A stretch of 64,000 nt of DNA, from positions 1,178,001-1,242,000 of the forward strand of contig CAKKNE010000003.1 of assembly GCA_918797485.1 (NCBI GenBank), read 5' to 3'. Position numbers and translations under genes: made by a program. A model generated the notes under the pieces. The model made no database searches. It was not told the origin of the DNA and worked only from the letters and a program-made list of their open reading frames with translations. Every line of letters begins with the position of its first letter. The stretch's first letter is position 1. The DNA is from Pelagomonas calceolata (taxonomy: Eukaryota). This document shows positions 23,701 through 37,697 of the stretch, one piece after another.

Positions 23701-24682
23701 TGCTCGTATTGCGAACGCCGTGGCGTCCACGCTCCATCGGACCGGCGCCGCATCCAAGGACAACAATCTGTTGGTCGTGGTCAAGCGGCTGGACGGCGCC
23801 GCGCTCTGCGCCGCGGCGGAGTTGTTATCTAGGCTCGCTTTGGTGGGAGCGCCGGTCACGGGCGGCTGCGCGCGCGCGGACGCGCCCAAGGCCCTCGCGA
23901 CGGCGGGCGCCTTCGACGCGTCGTCGCCGCCCAAGGCCGTCGTCAACGCGCTGCTCGTGGCGTCGCAGCTCGCCCGGACGGCGTCTCCCGGCTCGGGCGA
24001 CGGCGCGGCGTGCGAGAAGGCGCTGAAACGGGCGACGCTCGAGCGCTACCTGCCTCGGCTTTTGAGATCCGAGGACGCGCAGACGCGCGCCAAGGCCTGC
24101 AACCTCGTGGGTAATTTGTGTCGCCACTCGGCCGCGTTCTACCCGGCTTTAATCGAGGCGCGGCACGGCGAGGAGAGCGCTCTATCTTGCGTGATACGCT
24201 GCGCCTCGGACGACGACGGGGCCACCCGAAAGTTTGCCTGCTTCGCCCTGGGCAACGCGGCGTTCCACTCGTCGGATTTGTATGCTGCATTGGAACCGGG
24301 CGCGCCGCCGCTCTGCAGTTGCCTCGCGAACGACAGCGACGAGAAGGCTCGGGCGAATGCCGCGGGCGCGCTGGGCAACCTCGCGCGCAACGGCGGCGGC
24401 CTGGCCGCGGCGCTCGTCGCCGCCGGTGCCCCCCGGGCGCTCGTCGCCGCGGCGCGCGAGGACGCCGCGGCCGGTCCTCGGCGCATCGCGCTGTTTTCTT
24501 TGGGCACATTGGCGGCCTGGAGCGCCGTGCGCCGCGTCCTCGAGGTGGAGCCGCTGCGCTCGGCGCTGTCTACGGCGCTCGCGGCCGCGGACAAGTCGCG
24601 CGACGCTACGCAAAGGAAGTATTCGGCGCGCGTACGCTCTAAGCTCGCCGCGCCGGCGTCGGACGCTGTTGTACCGGGGTAA
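20798..24682 (+). CDS. STK36: Fused/STK36-type Ser/Thr kinase with C-terminal ARM/HEAT repeats
   Basis: [32 protein letters not shown] and [14 protein letters not shown]-terminal [15 protein letters not shown] and [15 protein letters not shown]. Confidence 0.92.
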   Translation: MPRAAEVPPAFASGSHDNYIVLERIGEGSFGKVYKGRRKHTGQTVALKFIGKHGKSERDLRNLRQEIAILSALDHENVVKMFDYFETEREFCVVTEFARGELFEILEEDGTLPEEAVRDIARQLVKALHYLHSQRIIHRDLKPQNVLLGANGRVKLCDFGFARAMSMDTIVLTSIKGTPLYMAPELVKEQPYDHTVDLWSLGVILFELLVGQPPFYTNSIYSLINHIVKDPVVFPSHVSERFESFLSGLLRKDPRRRLAWPELLEHPLVQDTDEDRQKQEEETRFYEGCGGAGPPRGRLERFVARLETTPMDTTEDPMPPPPPREVRQREARPPAPPPAHTQGLDAARSALRKGTISSLRDALSACADADFTDDWSDTVEDVCQKAVEMATACRRGPREKRDPPAKLLGGCCRVLEKALQHKAANACQATLDLASQLVRAPPWLRDREGDSSKPFVATSARWALAASLRKALLEEENGSDPIIRQAALRCAISALKRATPATLDVLLAHQLPRALAARITGDDALSAAKALALFLEPPYNGHWKPPSPFPLSIVGDEDDDSALRSADGVSTSVRERFALRRRVEKAVAEAVGDDAQSESARGLSALLEATSDDASRRLVLRTIARCAAASTNSARALAACGVWSTCCDIATSDTPYASGLSLAALGAMAKADALSPDATLQAVEAAKQVLNGGSDDARVLSAATGLLDGALRAARSRADAHAKAKNEDEDALKGPNAVATAVLKAAAAPKALQAVWRVLTYESPRIEHETDSDGDSDDDGRGSRELASATLLDGGRLGARRYGLLDAPLRLLTHSAALVPLIGARLTAAKLWRPLIDQLSRGGANELSPGGVVAGLGCVKAMLDAAPARDRPALISENNGALARVCATCCSPPYLGRVARWPENADGGASGVGACLQAVAQLLRATLAREGAAAAQAGATPPAGPSPDVAAEPTPKTEAEQLRIAVDDARIANAVASTLHRTGAASKDNNLLVVVKRLDGAALCAAAELLSRLALVGAPVTGGCARADAPKALATAGAFDASSPPKAVVNALLVASQLARTASPGSGDGAACEKALKRATLERYLPRLLRSEDAQTRAKACNLVGNLCRHSAAFYPALIEARHGEESALSCVIRCASDDDGATRKFACFALGNAAFHSSDLYAALEPGAPPLCSCLANDSDEKARANAAGALGNLARNGGGLAAALVAAGAPRALVAAAREDAAAGPRRIALFSLGTLAAWSAVRRVLEVEPLRSALSTALAAADKSRDATQRKYSARVRSKLAAPASDAVVPG

Positions 24683-25156
24683 GTATAGTCGTTTGATTTG
24701 CAGCGAGGGTTTGTCAAGTTAACGTAGCAGGCCCTGCGGCGGTCGTGGTGGCTAGGCGGCCTAGCTCTAAGCAAAGCAACGTGCGTCGTGGCCGCGACGA
24801 TCGTGTTTTCCCCTGCCGGTGGCGACATCAGTTATCCGGAGCGCGGTATAGGTGCCGCGAAGGGTAGTTTGGAGGATGTTTTGCCTTTGGAGTTGTAAAG
24901 AGGAGTCCTTGGCCAATAGGATTGAGGCTCACCGGCGTCGGTCCGCGGTGCGATTCGCTTTGCTGCTAAAAGGGCTCCTGCGCGCGCCGAAGAGCTGGCC
25001 GCAGCACGGCAAACTGCTCGAACACAGCGCCCGGTAACACAGCTCGCCGTGAGCGGCGCCGCGGCGGACGCCAGAACGCGCCGCGCGCTCAGTGAGCCGA
25101 TCTCTCCAGCACACGAACAGCGCTATATACGCGACGCGCAGCGAAAAATAGCAACC

Positions 25157-28100
25157 ATGAGTCGAGCCCCGACCGGCGGCGACTCCGACAGCGACGAGGA
25201 CATGGACAAGGAGTACCAGATCGAGCTCCTCTACCACGCCGCCGACGCCGCCGACGGCGAAGTCCAAGCCGAGCGCCTCCGCGTCGATGCAAAGTCGACG
25301 TGGCCCGACGTCAAGAAGTTCGCGCAGCAGCGGTCGGGCCACGCCGACTTCGCGCTCGAGGACGAGGACGGCGGCCGGCTCGGCGCGCAGACGCCGCTCG
25401 CGTGGATCCGCGCCGACCAGCAGGGCCGGCCCTACCGGCGCGCGGTGGTGAAGCGCCGCGGCGTCGACGCGGACGGCGTCTTCGAGCGGCGCGGCGTCGT
25501 GGCGCCGGCGCACGTGGGCCTCGTGGCGAACACGATCAACGCCGGCATGGACACGACGACGCTGCTCAGTGAAAGTATAGAGAACTCGGTGCAGCACGGC
25601 GCGACGCTCGTCAAGATTTTCATCGACCCCGTGCGCGCGCAGCGTCTCCTTTTTTTCTCCTTGCTTTCCTTGGTTTCCTGTCTCTCCTTTTTTTCCTTGA
25701 ATACCTTGCCTACCTGGTAAACTTTGACGACCTCCCGGACGTGCGCGGCGATGCCGTGTGAAACGGTTCCGTGACGGCGTCACCCCACGCAGGCGGCGCG
25801 GCGCATCGTCGTCTTCGACAACGGCGATGGAATAAGACCGGAGCACATCGACGTCCTCGCCAAGGCCGGCGCGTCGACGGTGCGCGACGACGAGATCCAG
25901 GCGCCCGTGCGCGGCGCGCTCCTGGCGCACGAGGCCGGCGGCGGCCGCGGCGGGCGGAGCCAGGGGAGCCGCAGCAGCGCCTACAGCCACCGCGAGTTCG
26001 GCCGCCTGCGGGCCGAGTGGGGGCGCTACGGAGTTGGGAGGTACGCGCAGCTCAACGGCACCGAGACCAAGGTGCGCTTCGTGAGCGTCGCCAAGGGCGT
26101 GACCAAGCTCATCGTCTTCGAGCAGGACATGGCCGAGATGGCGCACCAGAAGACGATCACCTACGACTACCACGTCTACGACCACGGCACGCGCGAGTGC
26201 GCGCGGGAGATCGCCGGGGTCAACAAGCTCGTGTACGACGACCGGAATGGCACGCCGCCGGCCGCCGACGACCCGGACGTGCTCGACCGGACGCTGCGCA
26301 CGTCGGGCGTCGGCAACAAGTCCTTCACGTGCCTCACGATCGACAAGGTCGACGCGGGCTTCTTCGACGACTGGGCGGCGAACCGCGCCGAGAACCTCGC
26401 GCTGCTCGCGGAGAAGTACGTCCTGCACCTGGACGGCAACGCCGGCGAGGCCTCGCGGAGCTGGCTGCGCGCCTGCGGCGTGCTGCCCGCCGAGGACGCC
26501 AACGCCCGCATCGTGAAGCTGAAGGTCGACGGCGTCGACCTCGGCGAGTCGGGCGAGATGAGCGAGCGCGACGTGGGCGTCGCGAACCGCTTCGCGGACC
26601 TGGCGCGCCTCGCCGACCTGCGCGAGGCCTTCGAGCAGAAGCGGCATTTAGATAGGTGGGTGCTGCGCGAGGAGGGCCACAGCACGGCGCGCGCCGACCT
26701 CGCGGCGCTCTCGGTCTACTTCCCCCAGGAGAACGGCATGGACACGATGCCCGAGGGCGTGCGCGAGCACCGCACTCTGGTATTATGGAACGGGCTCTTC
26801 CTCCGCGACGAGGCCATCGCGGCGTGGCCCTACGCGGCGCCGCGGAACCACCGCGGCCAGGTCGCGCCGGGCGACGCCAAGCTCGACAAGCGCTGCGTCA
26901 CGGTGCTCTACCTCGAGTCGACGCGGCTCTTCGCGCCGGAGATCCACAAGCGCCACCTCCGGCCGCACGACGCCGCCTACAAGCGCCTCGCGGACGAGCC
27001 GCCCGCCGGCGACGACTTCACGCGCGATTTACGAAACGCGCACCGCGACCGGCTCCGGCGGTGGACCGAGGAGTTCGACGAGGAGGAGCGCTATCCGATG
27101 GAGGCGGGCTCGTACGACTTCGTGCAGTACGGGGCCGGCCAGAACGTGACCTACCGGCGCGTCGGCAAGAGCCTCCTGTACCGCAGCGACCGCTACCAGG
27201 TCGGCGACATCGTGCGCTTCGCCCTGACGGATGAGAAGAGGAGGGAGGACCAGAGCCTCGGCGCGGGCCGCATCGTCGCCTTCATCTGCGACGCCGAGCA
27301 GACGAACACGAGCGGCTTCTTCATCTGCTCGAGCGTCCTCGCGCCGCGCGACGATGCCGCCGGCCAGACCTTCGTCATGGGCTTCAGCCAGCGCGGCGCG
27401 GACCTCGCGGCGCTCGAGGCGGCGGGGCCGGCCCGCTGGAGCCGCGACCTCTACGTCGCGTGCCCGTCTAATAGATTACGCGGCGCCAAGCTCGGCGCGG
27501 ACGAGCTCAAGGCTGCCCTCGACGACGCGAAGAAGCAGTTCCCCGCGAAGGTCCAGCTCGTCGAGTGCGGCACGACGAAGCTGAAGCCGGCGGAGACGAA
27601 GCTCGCCGCGGAGCCCTTCACCCGCTTCGATCGCACGCTCTACACGTCGACGCCGGTGCCCGAGTTCGCCTTTACGCTCCTGGCCTTCAACGCGAAGACG
27701 AAACATTTGGACGCCAAGGCGTGCGCCGACATCGAGCTCGAGCTCGTCGCGCGGCCGCCCAGCGGCGCGGAGGACTGGAGCGACGCCGTCGTCGTCGCGA
27801 CGGGCGGCTGCGACGCGGGCGGCGTCTTCCGCCTGGCCAAGCCGGAGCCGCTCGACGAGATGGGCGAGTGGCAGTTCCGCGCGCGGCTCCGCGAGACGCC
27901 GAACGCCGTCTGGACCGCCCTCGCGAACTGGGAGCGCGCGCCTCGCGAGGAGCAGAAGCAGGTCAAGAAGAAGGACCGGCCGAAGTTCTCGCTGGACACG
28001 CTCGCGCGGCGCGACGACGACGCGCTCGCCGGCCTCCAGGGGTCCGAGCCGCCGTTCTCGCGCGCGGTCGAGTGCAAGCTGAACCCGTCGGAGCCCGTCC

Positions 28101-31100
28101 AGCTGACGTGCTCGCTGCCCAAACGGTCGGAGGTGCACCTGGACGCGGCCGTGGCCGACCTGACCGTCACGTTCCAGGATTCGTTGGATCAGACGGCCGC
28201 CGACGCCCAGCAGCGCGTCTCGCCCAAGGACTACGACGTCACGGGCGAGCACTCGCGCGCGTGGATCGAGGTGGACGGGCGGGAGCCCTTCGCCCTGGAC
28301 CTCTCGGCGTGCCGGCTCGCGCGGTGCCGCGGCGACGGCGCGCTGACCCTGGACAACCTCGTCGTGCCGGCCGAGGCCGTGCCCGCTGACGTCCTGCTCC
28401 CGGCCGCGGCCGAGCTGCACCTGGAGCTGCACCCCGTCGTCGACGGCGAGTACGAGTACGTGACGTACGTCGCAGACGTCGTGGCCGGCCGGACGCAGGC
28501 GTCGCCGCGCCGCGTCTTCCGAGCGCTGGACAAGACGTTCCAGAGCCTCGTCGAGCTCGAGCAGCACGTCAACATGCAGGACAACAAGTGGCTCGTCCCG
28601 CGGACCGTCGCACCGCTCGCCCTGACGCTGACGAGCGCGCCGGCGAAGCTGAGCCTGCGCGACGAGCGGGCATTGATGGACCTCGAGCGGCCCTTCATCG
28701 CGACGTGCGTCTTTGAGCTCGTGACGGCGTCGGGGCACTTTATCGACGCGAAGGCGGTGCCTATGGGCGCCGCGGTCGTGGGCGACGGCTCCGTCAATAT
28801 AACCCACCACGGCGCAGCCGAGAACAACGACGACGGCTCCGTCACGCAGAGCTACCTGATCGACGGCGCGGACCTCGGCTGGAGCGGCCAGGTCCGCTTC
28901 GACGTCGACGACACGCTGTTCCTCACGGCGGAGGCGTCGACGGGCGACAAGAATGTCCGCGTGTCGGTGCTGACGCAGACGGGCGACGCCGTCGAGGAGG
29001 AGGTCGACGCGGCATCGCCGGGCTGGGTCGCCTGCGCCGAGGACGCGCGCCACCGCGTCGCGCTGGGCGCGCTGGACCTCGCGGAGGTCGGGGCGACGCA
29101 CCTCCGCGTGGAGGTCGTCGACGGGGCCGGCGCCGTCGACGCGCGGGCCTGCGGCGCGAGCCAGGCGTGGCTGGTCCTCAACAGTCCCGACGGCGCCAAG
29201 CACAAGACGAAGGTGTGCGCGCCCGTCCTCGACGGCGTCGCCGTCCTCGAGCTCGGGCGGCTGGCGTCGTCGACGTCCAGGGGCATCAAGGAGCAGCGCG
29301 AGGCGGGGAAGTTCAGCTTCCAGATCGTCTTCAAGAACTCCGAAAACAAGGACGTGCTGACGTCGCGGGGCATCTCGCTACCGCTCAAGGCCGGCGCGCC
29401 GGACTCGGTGGACGTCGACGACGAGGCGTTCCAGGCGCTGCTCGACGCGGGCGACGACCGCGGCCTCCTGACGCTCGGCAAGCCCGCGCCCTACCTCTGC
29501 CTCGTCGTCCGGGACGAGGCGGGGACGCGCCTCGAGAGCGACCAGCTCGCGGGCCTGACGGCGACGCTGACCTGCGCCGACGCCTGCCACACGCTCCGCG
29601 AGGCGCCGACGGACGCGCCCATCGACGGTAGTTCGATGACGGACGCCGAGCCCGGCGCCCTGCCCGGCGGCTGGAGCGTGCTCTCGGGCTGGGACGCGCC
29701 GCCGGAGGTCGAGGAGGGCGCCCGGGGCTGGCCGATCAAGTTCCGCCTGGCGCTGGCGGGCGGCGACGCGCGGCTCGAGACGTCGTTCGAGCTCCGGTTC
29801 CGCAACGGGCCGCTCGCCGAGGTCCAGGCCGCGGCGCTGCCCGGCGGCGTGCTGAGCGTCGAGGTCGGCGAGATCTTCCAGGGCGATGACTTCTTCAGCC
29901 TCAAGGACGAGTCGGGCAACCCGTTCCGGGACGACCCGACGGCCGACGCCGACGCGCCGCGCGGGCCCATGTTCGACGTGGCGATCGAGTGCGACGCGCC
30001 GGGCCTCGACCTCGAGCTGCAGCGCGTGGGCACGAAGAAGCCGAAGAAGGGCAAGGGCAAGAAGAAGAAGGCCCCGGCGACGGACGCGCCGGAGCCGGAG
30101 ACCGCCGGCGCCGTCGTCGTTCCCGTCGGCGCGGCGCTGGAGACGCTGACCATCCCCGAGTGCCGCGTCGCCGTCGCCGGCGGCGAGTTGAGTCAAGTGG
30201 TCGAGGCGAAGCTCGTCCTGCGCGCCCGCGCCGAGTGCCCCGCCGACGCGGCCGCGCTGCAGCTCGACTTCATCCCGGTCCGCGTCGCGCCCTCGTCCAA
30301 GGTCCGGACCCTCGAGATTTTTAAAAGGGAGAAGGACCAGATTGGCGCCGAGGACGGCGAGGTGCCCGCCGTGGGTGCGGACCCCGAGGCGATGGGTTTA
30401 GATCGGCTGTCGGATGGCGACACCTTAGAAGTGCCCACGGGCCGGAGCGTCCTCGACGTGCTCCAGCTCTCGGGCATGTGCGAGGACGGCCAGCTCGCGA
30501 CGCGCGACGAGGAGCGGCGCGAGAACTTCCGGGGCGACCTGCGGTGGCACCAGGGCGAGAACGACCCCAACCCCAAGGGCTGGAAGAAGATCGACAAGCT
30601 CGCCCAGGTCGACCCCTCGTGGTTCTGCAAGCTCATGCCCGACGAGACGCGGCCCATCCGCTTTGGCATCATCGACCAGGACACGAAAAACGTCGAGAGC
30701 CACACGACCCTGATCCTGAAGCGCGTCGCGGGCCAGGCGCAGCGCATCACCTTCAAGGAGGCCGACACGGACGACACGGACGACGGCGAGCGCGGGTCCT
30801 CGGCTCGCTACGAGGCCGAGGCCTGCGACTCCCTGGCGAACTCGGCGCACCGCTGCGCCTGCGCTGCGCGCCTCACGACGAGCACGACGAACGACGCCGA
30901 CGACGACCTCGCGAACCTGTGCCAGCTCGAGGTGCGGCGGTGGGTCAAGGGCTCGGACCCGGCCGACGCGACGGTCGACCTCCTGAGCCTCTCCGACGGT
31001 GCGAACGACGTGGCCGTGGCCCTCGAGGAGACGGACGCAACGTTCATCGAAGTGCGGCTCGTCGACGCGACGGGCAACAAGCAGCCGATCGAGGACCTCC

Positions 31101-32482
31101 GCGTCTCGCTGGCCATGAAAATCTACCCGCAGAACGGCGAGGACGACGTCGATGGCCAGCTCAACGTGGCGCGGACGGTGGAGCTGCGCCTCGAGAACGA
31201 GCTCGGCCGCGCGGCGCGCGAGGCCAAGACGGAGGGCGAGCGCGCGGCCCAGGTCGAGTACGACCGGGCGCGCGCCGCTGTGACCGCGCAGAGGCAAGTT
31301 GTCGAGGGGCTCGTCGACGAGCAGCGGGACTACCAGCGCGCGGTCGAGCGCGCCGCGAGCAAGGAGGATGCGCGGCGGGCACACGAGGCCGCGCGCCAGG
31401 CGACGGCCGCCGCCGAGGCCGCCCGCAAGGCCGTCGAGGACGCGGACGACGCCCCGCTCGCCCGCGAGCACCGGTTCAGCTCGGACCCGCAGATGCACGA
31501 GAAGCTGAGGACTTTCCGCGCCGAGCTCGTGCGGCAGCTGCACCGGGCCGGCCGCGCGCCGTCGGAGCTCCGCGGCTTCACGAGCGAGCTCGCGACGGTC
31601 GAGGACGACTCGGACGCGGACTGCTGCGCCCATCTCGCTGGCGCGAACAAGCTCTATGTCGGGTCGAGCGACGCGCGGGTCATCGCGCAAAAGCTCGCGA
31701 AGAGCGGGAAGTACGGCGCCATCAGCGTCGTCGACCTGTCGCTCGCGGGCCCCACGGAGAGCTGGAACGCCGAGCGCCACGCGCCCGTCGACGCGAGCGA
31801 CGCGGGCTTCGGGGCCGTGTCCGCAATCCTGCGTTTATCAGCGCAGCGCTGCGACCTCGAACAGGTCTTCCGAAGGCAAATTGGGCAGGCGATCATCTTC
31901 CCGGACGACGAACGGCTCACGGCCGCGGACAAAGCGCGGGGCGTGGCCCCTTTCAAGCGCGTGTCGCGCGAGAGCCCGGCCATTGTAGCGAAGACCAAGG
32001 GCCAGATCACCATCGGCGTGGACGCGCGGCCGCCGCCCTTCGTCTTCGCGAGCCCGGGCGACGGCCAGCTCGAGGCCGCCGAAAAGCGGCTGCGCGACGC
32101 CCGGGCCGCCGAGGACCGCGCCGAGGCCGACTTCGAGGCGTACGCTGATGTGGCCGAGCCCCCGGCGTCGGACGTCGAGGCGCGGCTCGCGGCCGCGCGG
32201 GCCGAGCTCGCGCGCCTCGAGGACGACAAGCGCGCGAAGAAGGCCGCCCGCAATGGCGCGCTGGCGCCCCTCGACAACGCCGAGGAGGCGCCGCGGAAGC
32301 GCAAGGAGATTCCGGACGTCCAGGGCGCGCTCGCGAAGAAAAAGAAGGCGAAGGCGAAGAAGCCGGCGGCGGCGCGCAAGAAGAAGCGCGCGCGAGACGC
32401 CGACGAGGAGCCGTCCTCGCCGAAGCGCGCGCGCGACGAACCGGACGACGCCTGGGAATTCGACGGCGGCGTCGACGAGTGA
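25157..32482 (+). CDS. SMCHD1/GMI1-like protein: GHKL ATPase, long beta-rich linker, coiled coil, SMC-hinge-like domain (intron 25631-25792; about 2387 aa)
   Basis: GHKL boxes LSESIENS, VFDNGDGI and GRYGVG. BAH-like YQVGDIVRF. Hinge-like LRGFTSELATVED...VFRRQIGQAIIF...GQITIG is flanked by coiled coils, and the tail is basic and NLS-like. Confidence 0.7.
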
Positions 32483-32554
32483 TCCTTTCTCCCCATCCTC
32501 CCCCGCTCACTAAGACGAGCATTCACGATTTAGTAGTACTACAACTTAGATATA

Positions 32555-35500
32555 TCACCTTGGCGTTGGCGACGCCGACCCAAGGAGCAGCGGTTTCTTC
32601 TTCTCGTCGGCAGCCTTCTCCGCGTACTCAGAGTCGAGCAGGAGCTTGAACGAGCCGCACCCCAATGGCACGGGGATGCCCATAATGATACACTCACTCA
32701 CGCCGACGATGGCGTCCGTGCGGCCGTGGACCGCCGCGTCGAAGAGGTGGTCCGTCGTCCTTTCGAAGGACGCCAGCATCAAGACCGATTCACGCATCTT
32801 CGAGACGCCGAACCGTGTAATGCCGAGGACCATGCCCTTAAACGTCATCACGTCCGCCAATAGTAGCAAGTGGCGCGCGTCGATCGCGATGCCGTAGGCC
32901 TGCATAATATAGGATACTTCACTGCAGATCGTAGCTCGAGCCGCCTCGATGCCCAAGACACTTTCGACCTCGGCCACATGGTTCGTCGTCGTGTTCACGC
33001 CGTCGACGCCCGGCGCGCCGATGACCTCGCCTAGCCCGTACCCTTCGACGAGCAACGAATACTTTCCGTCGGATTCGCTCACGACCGCTCTATTGATGGA
33101 CGGGTAGCCACTGACCACGATCTCCGGTAACGCGTTCTTCAGCGCTTGCATCGCGAAGTAGGTCCTATCATCAGATAACTTGTCCCGTTGATCCACATTA
33201 TCAATAACGTCGTCGTCGTCGTTCGGCAAGTTGTTCTCCTTCTTGCGCCTTTTCTTCTCGCCCTTCTTCTTGCGACCTCGATTCGTCGCCGGCTTCTCCA
33301 CAGCTTTCCGCTGCCCGCGCAGGGCCCCGCCGCCGCCCGAGAAAGTACTCGTAGCGGGGTCGTCCGGCAGCTCCACGCGGAACTCGTTCGGAGTGGTTGG
33401 GTTTAAGGTTAAATGCTCTACTTTGAGCGCGCGGATGACGGGCGGCGCGCGCTTGTTGTTTGCAACCGTACCTCGCAGCACAGCCTGCCTCGCCGACGCC
33501 GCGTCGACACTCAGGTGCAATCTTCCAATCAAGTCCGTATCCAGTTGCACAGACAAATAGCACTTGGACGACGCGTAGACCTCCTCGATCTTCGAGCACA
33601 CTTCGCCTAGGGTCGTCTTTTCCAGGCCAGCCTTGACCACGCGAGCCGCCTCCGCGTCGCTATCATTTTTGAGTTTTGCGGTGATGATAGGTGTAGAAAT
33701 CTTCTTGGAGGCGTTAATGATCTCCGTCAACCGAGGCACGCCCAATGTAACGTTCATCGACGCCACCCCAGCGAAATGGAACGTCTTCAGCGTCATCTGG
33801 GTCCCCGGTTCACTGATGCACTGGGCGCCGATGGCGCCGACGGCCTCGCCCGGCTCTTGTTTTGATCGGAGATACTTTTCCCGGGCTAGGTCCACGAATC
33901 TAGCGAGTTGCCGTTTTGAGAGAGAACTGTCGAAGGACTTGATATGTTCGTTCGCCGCCTTCTTCTTCTTCTGTTCGATGAGGGCGTCCCTCGTCCGGGA
34001 ACAGGTCTCGGCTACGCCTTTCGTAAACGACAAAGCGTCTAGTACGAATTTTGACGACTCCGTATCCGTCAGAGCTAAGTTGATTTTACTACATTCCTTG
34101 GCTAACATCTCGGGCGTCATCGCCGCGTCGTCGTCAAAGGCTTCGTCATGGCGGACACGATGCAGCAACCTAGCAAAATCAACAGGTTTACCGTCAGACG
34201 TCTCCATGTGTTTGGGGTCGAGACTGTCATCACCATAGTTAAATTGGACCACCGCTCGTTCGGAATTACGCACGGTGCCGTCGTAGGACACACTGAGATC
34301 TTCCAAAGCTTTCATGAGCCGTCGAGCCATATACCCGGTCTGCGCGGTCTTGACGGCCGTATCGACTAAACCCTCCCGACCACCCATCGTGTGAAAGAAG
34401 AACTCCGTCGCGGTCAAACCGGAGTAGAAACTATTGGACACGAAGCCTCGGGCCGCTGGGTCTAAGGAGTCCACTTCGAAGTGCGGCAGCGTCCTGCGAA
34501 CGAATCCGTTCTGGATGCGTTTCCCATCCACCGCTTGCTGGCCTAAACAAGCGATCATCTGCGACACGTTCAATGCCGAACCCTTGGAGCCGCACTCGGC
34601 CATGATCCGTGGACTATTCGTGCGAGGTAAATCACCCATCAATCGCTGCCCGGCCGCCTCCCGGACCCTTCCTAGTAAACCAGTGAGCTCCGTCTCGAGA
34701 GATTGCGCCGCATCACAACCGGGCTTCAGATCTAACTTGCCTGCCTTAAAGGCCGCAATTCGTCTATCAGCCTCGGCGAAGCCCTCGGCCAGTAACTTAG
34801 CCTTGAGCTCTTTGACTTCGGTTGACGGTGTCACGTCATCCAGACCAATACTAAACCCTCGATGGCTGCCCAAGTATCGTGAAGCTAGCTTCGCCAAGCG
34901 GTTCATAAATGATGCCGCTCTATGAGCGCCGTGGTCTCGATACAGAGCATAGATCAAACCAGTCTTGCACCCGTCGCCGACCGTCCTCTTCGCGGCGCTT
35001 CCACTAAGTAACTGAGACCGTCGCACAACCACATAACCGTCGTTGGGGCAGAGGTACTTATCTGTACCTGGATTGTAGGCTTTTTCTTCGCACTCGAACG
35101 AGACACATAACTTATCTCTATTGTTCGGCCGTATGATGAGGGAGAAGACCTGTTTGCCGGTCCACAACATCACAGGTTTCAGTATTGCTGGAGGAGGTAA
35201 ACTAACGTGCTCGGAGGCGTCGCCGGCATACACAGCGAGCTGGCAGAACTGGTCCCTAGAAAAGAAGACGTCCGGCTGCGTTAATAGGAAGGCAGCAGTC
35301 ACGAAATCTTGGGTAGCAGCAACTAACGGTTCGCCATTCCTCGGCGTGCAGATGTTCTGCGGGACGGACATCAAACTCAAAGCTTCGGCGCGCGCTTCTT
35401 CGGTCTGCGGGAGGTGCAGATTCATCTCGTCGCCGTCGAAGTCGGCCTGTGTGGTCCGGTGTCACTGCGGCGCCTTCACGCCATCGACGCGATTCGTCTC

Positions 35501-37193
35501 CGTCAGAGAAGGCGCCGGGTGGCCTTTCTTGCGATTTTGAGTCGAGGACGCCGCCGCGCGCGTTGTACGGCGCGCAGACGCACTCGTTGAGCTTGAACGT
35601 TCTGTCCTGCATGACTTTCACACTGTGGCACATGATCGACAGTTTGTGTAGAGACGGTTGCCGGTTGAACAGCACGACGTCGCCGTCGCGCATGTGTCTT
35701 TCCACAACATCACCAACCTTCAAGTCGCGAGCTACGGCATTACGGTCCCCGTAGTTCAGCGACTTCTTGTGGCCGCCACCGACGGCACCGACTACCACTC
35801 TATCACCATCAGCCAAATCCGCTGAACGCTTCTCGACGTAGTTCGCTCCGGGCCACTGCTTCGGCCCGTTCACTATGAGTGATCGTAAGTGCTGCAGGTT
35901 GTGCCTCGAGACTCTCTCAGGATAAGTCATCGTCCTCGCTACTTCCGTGGGCACGCCGACTTGATCTATTCTCAAATTGGGATCCGGTGATATGACCGTT
36001 CGCGCCGAGAAGTCGACGCGTTTGCCGGACAAATTCCCGCGAAATCGCCCACTTTTACCTTTGAGTCTTTGACATAAACCGCGCATCGGCTTCTGGTGCT
36101 GTTGTCTGGGTAGCATACCTGGTACTTCGCCGTTGATATACAACGCGACCTGGGTCTGTAAAAAGGACCAGCACTCCACGAGGATCTTGGTCGCGGCCCC
36201 TTCCCTCAAAGCTTTCTTCAGGGACTCATTGACGTCGATGATTTCTTGCAATTTTATTGTGAGGTCGTCTTCATTGGTCCCGGCACCTCCCGGAGCTTCT
36301 ACAGCAACAGATGGTCTGATAGGCGTCGGCGGCACGAGTAAAGCGTTCAACACGAGATTCTCGGGCCGCCCAATCACCGGATCGAGCCACAAGAGTTCGC
36401 AGTCGTCGTCCGTGATGCCGCAGAAGACCTCCCTCACGTCAGCCGGCGACAATATTGATGCTGGTGCTTTGGACGCTTTTGGTTTTATATCGCTATTTTG
36501 CGCGGCAGAAACACCCAATGTAGCTCTTAAATCCGCGTTCTTCTCGGCCGCTGCCTTCAGTGAATGAGCAAACGCTGTAAATTCGTCGTCGACCTCGAGC
36601 TCGTCGCGCTTCGCGCCCTTCCAGATGTCGTGGGCCACGCGCAGCGCGCCGGCGCCGGCTACTCTTCTAACGGGTCCGTTTCTTGCGCCGCAGTGGGGGC
36701 ACCTAGTTGCTGCTTTGCATCGGTCCAAAACTCGCTTGTGGATGCCCTGCTTCTGGAGCACGTCCCTCGCGTTGCGCATCGCTCGTAGTTGTTTTGCCCG
36801 TTCCTCCGGTTTTAGGAGGGCTCGCGAGCACTTCTTGCAGACGCACTGCAGTAGAGCTAGTACGTGTTTGAAGTAGCCCGCATGGAACACCGGTAGCGCG
36901 AACTTCACGATCCCGTAATGGCCCGCGCACTGGTCTATTTTCTTTCCACACGTAGGACAGGGTGGAGAGGTTTTGGACGCGGCTCCTAATCTCGGGTCGA
37001 GGCAACCATTTGTCGCCGGCCTTCTATCCGGTGCTGGAGTATATAACTCGCGGTTGTCGCACTCGAACTCGGCTAGCTTCTCCATCTCGTCCGTTGATAG
37101 TAAGCCGAAGCGGACCTCTTTTATTCTTTTACCACCGCTGGAGTTCGGCTCGACGAGCCGCGGGCGCGCGCCGGCTGGCGGTGCTGCGCTCAT
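32555..37193 (-). CDS. RPC1: RNA polymerase III largest subunit (GC-AG intron 35447-35561)
   Basis: GRFRGNLSGKRVDFS, spliced PYN|ADFDGDEMN, GTQMTLKTFHFAG and LGITRFG..KM..SVLMLASFE. No CTD heptads. Confidence 0.95.
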
Positions 37194-37461
37194 GGTCTTG
37201 CCTCTGCTGCAGTGCTTGCTACTGTGCTATTGTTGCGACGTTTGCTGCAGCACGCTTTTGCGCTGCAGTTAACTTATTACGATGACGCTACCGCATCCCT
37301 GCGCATCGCTGCGGTGCTTTTTGCAGGCCTCGCTTGCTGCTTCTCCTCATTGGCTAGTGTCTTTGTGCACTATCCCTAAGTTTTTTCTCCCTCGGACGAC
37401 GTGCTTGCGCGGGACGGAGGGTTTCCATGGCGGTTTGGACGTGTCAAATTCCAAAATGGAC

Positions 37462-37484
37462 CTAGCGGCCTAAGACACTCTAGC
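37462..37484 (-). promoter_or_regulatory. Recurrent intergenic CTAG-TGTCTTAC motif
   Basis: Minus strand GCTAGAGTGTCTTAGGCCGCTAG, between divergent RPC1 and UBC genes. Confidence 0.55.
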
Positions 37485-37697
37485 AAGTCATACAAGGCCG
37501 GCAAACTTGCGTCGAGGAGCCAATCGCGCTAGCTGTTGCGCCGACAACCTGCATATTTCATTCATTAGTGCCCAACGCACAGCTCTCGCCGGCCGCCCCA
37601 GCTCGCTGTCGCCGCGGTCCCTTGCAAGCCACAAGAGGCACAAGAGTCACAAGCCAGTCCAGCGGTCGCCGCGACCGCCGCGCGGCCCCACCGAGCC

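Noticed and set aside
24929..31780. Long antisense and alternate-frame ORFs (for example 24929-26647, 27476-29203, 30478-32148)
   Set aside because: Shadow ORFs caused by extreme GC3 bias in the real gene. They are Arg/Ala-rich and carry no motifs.
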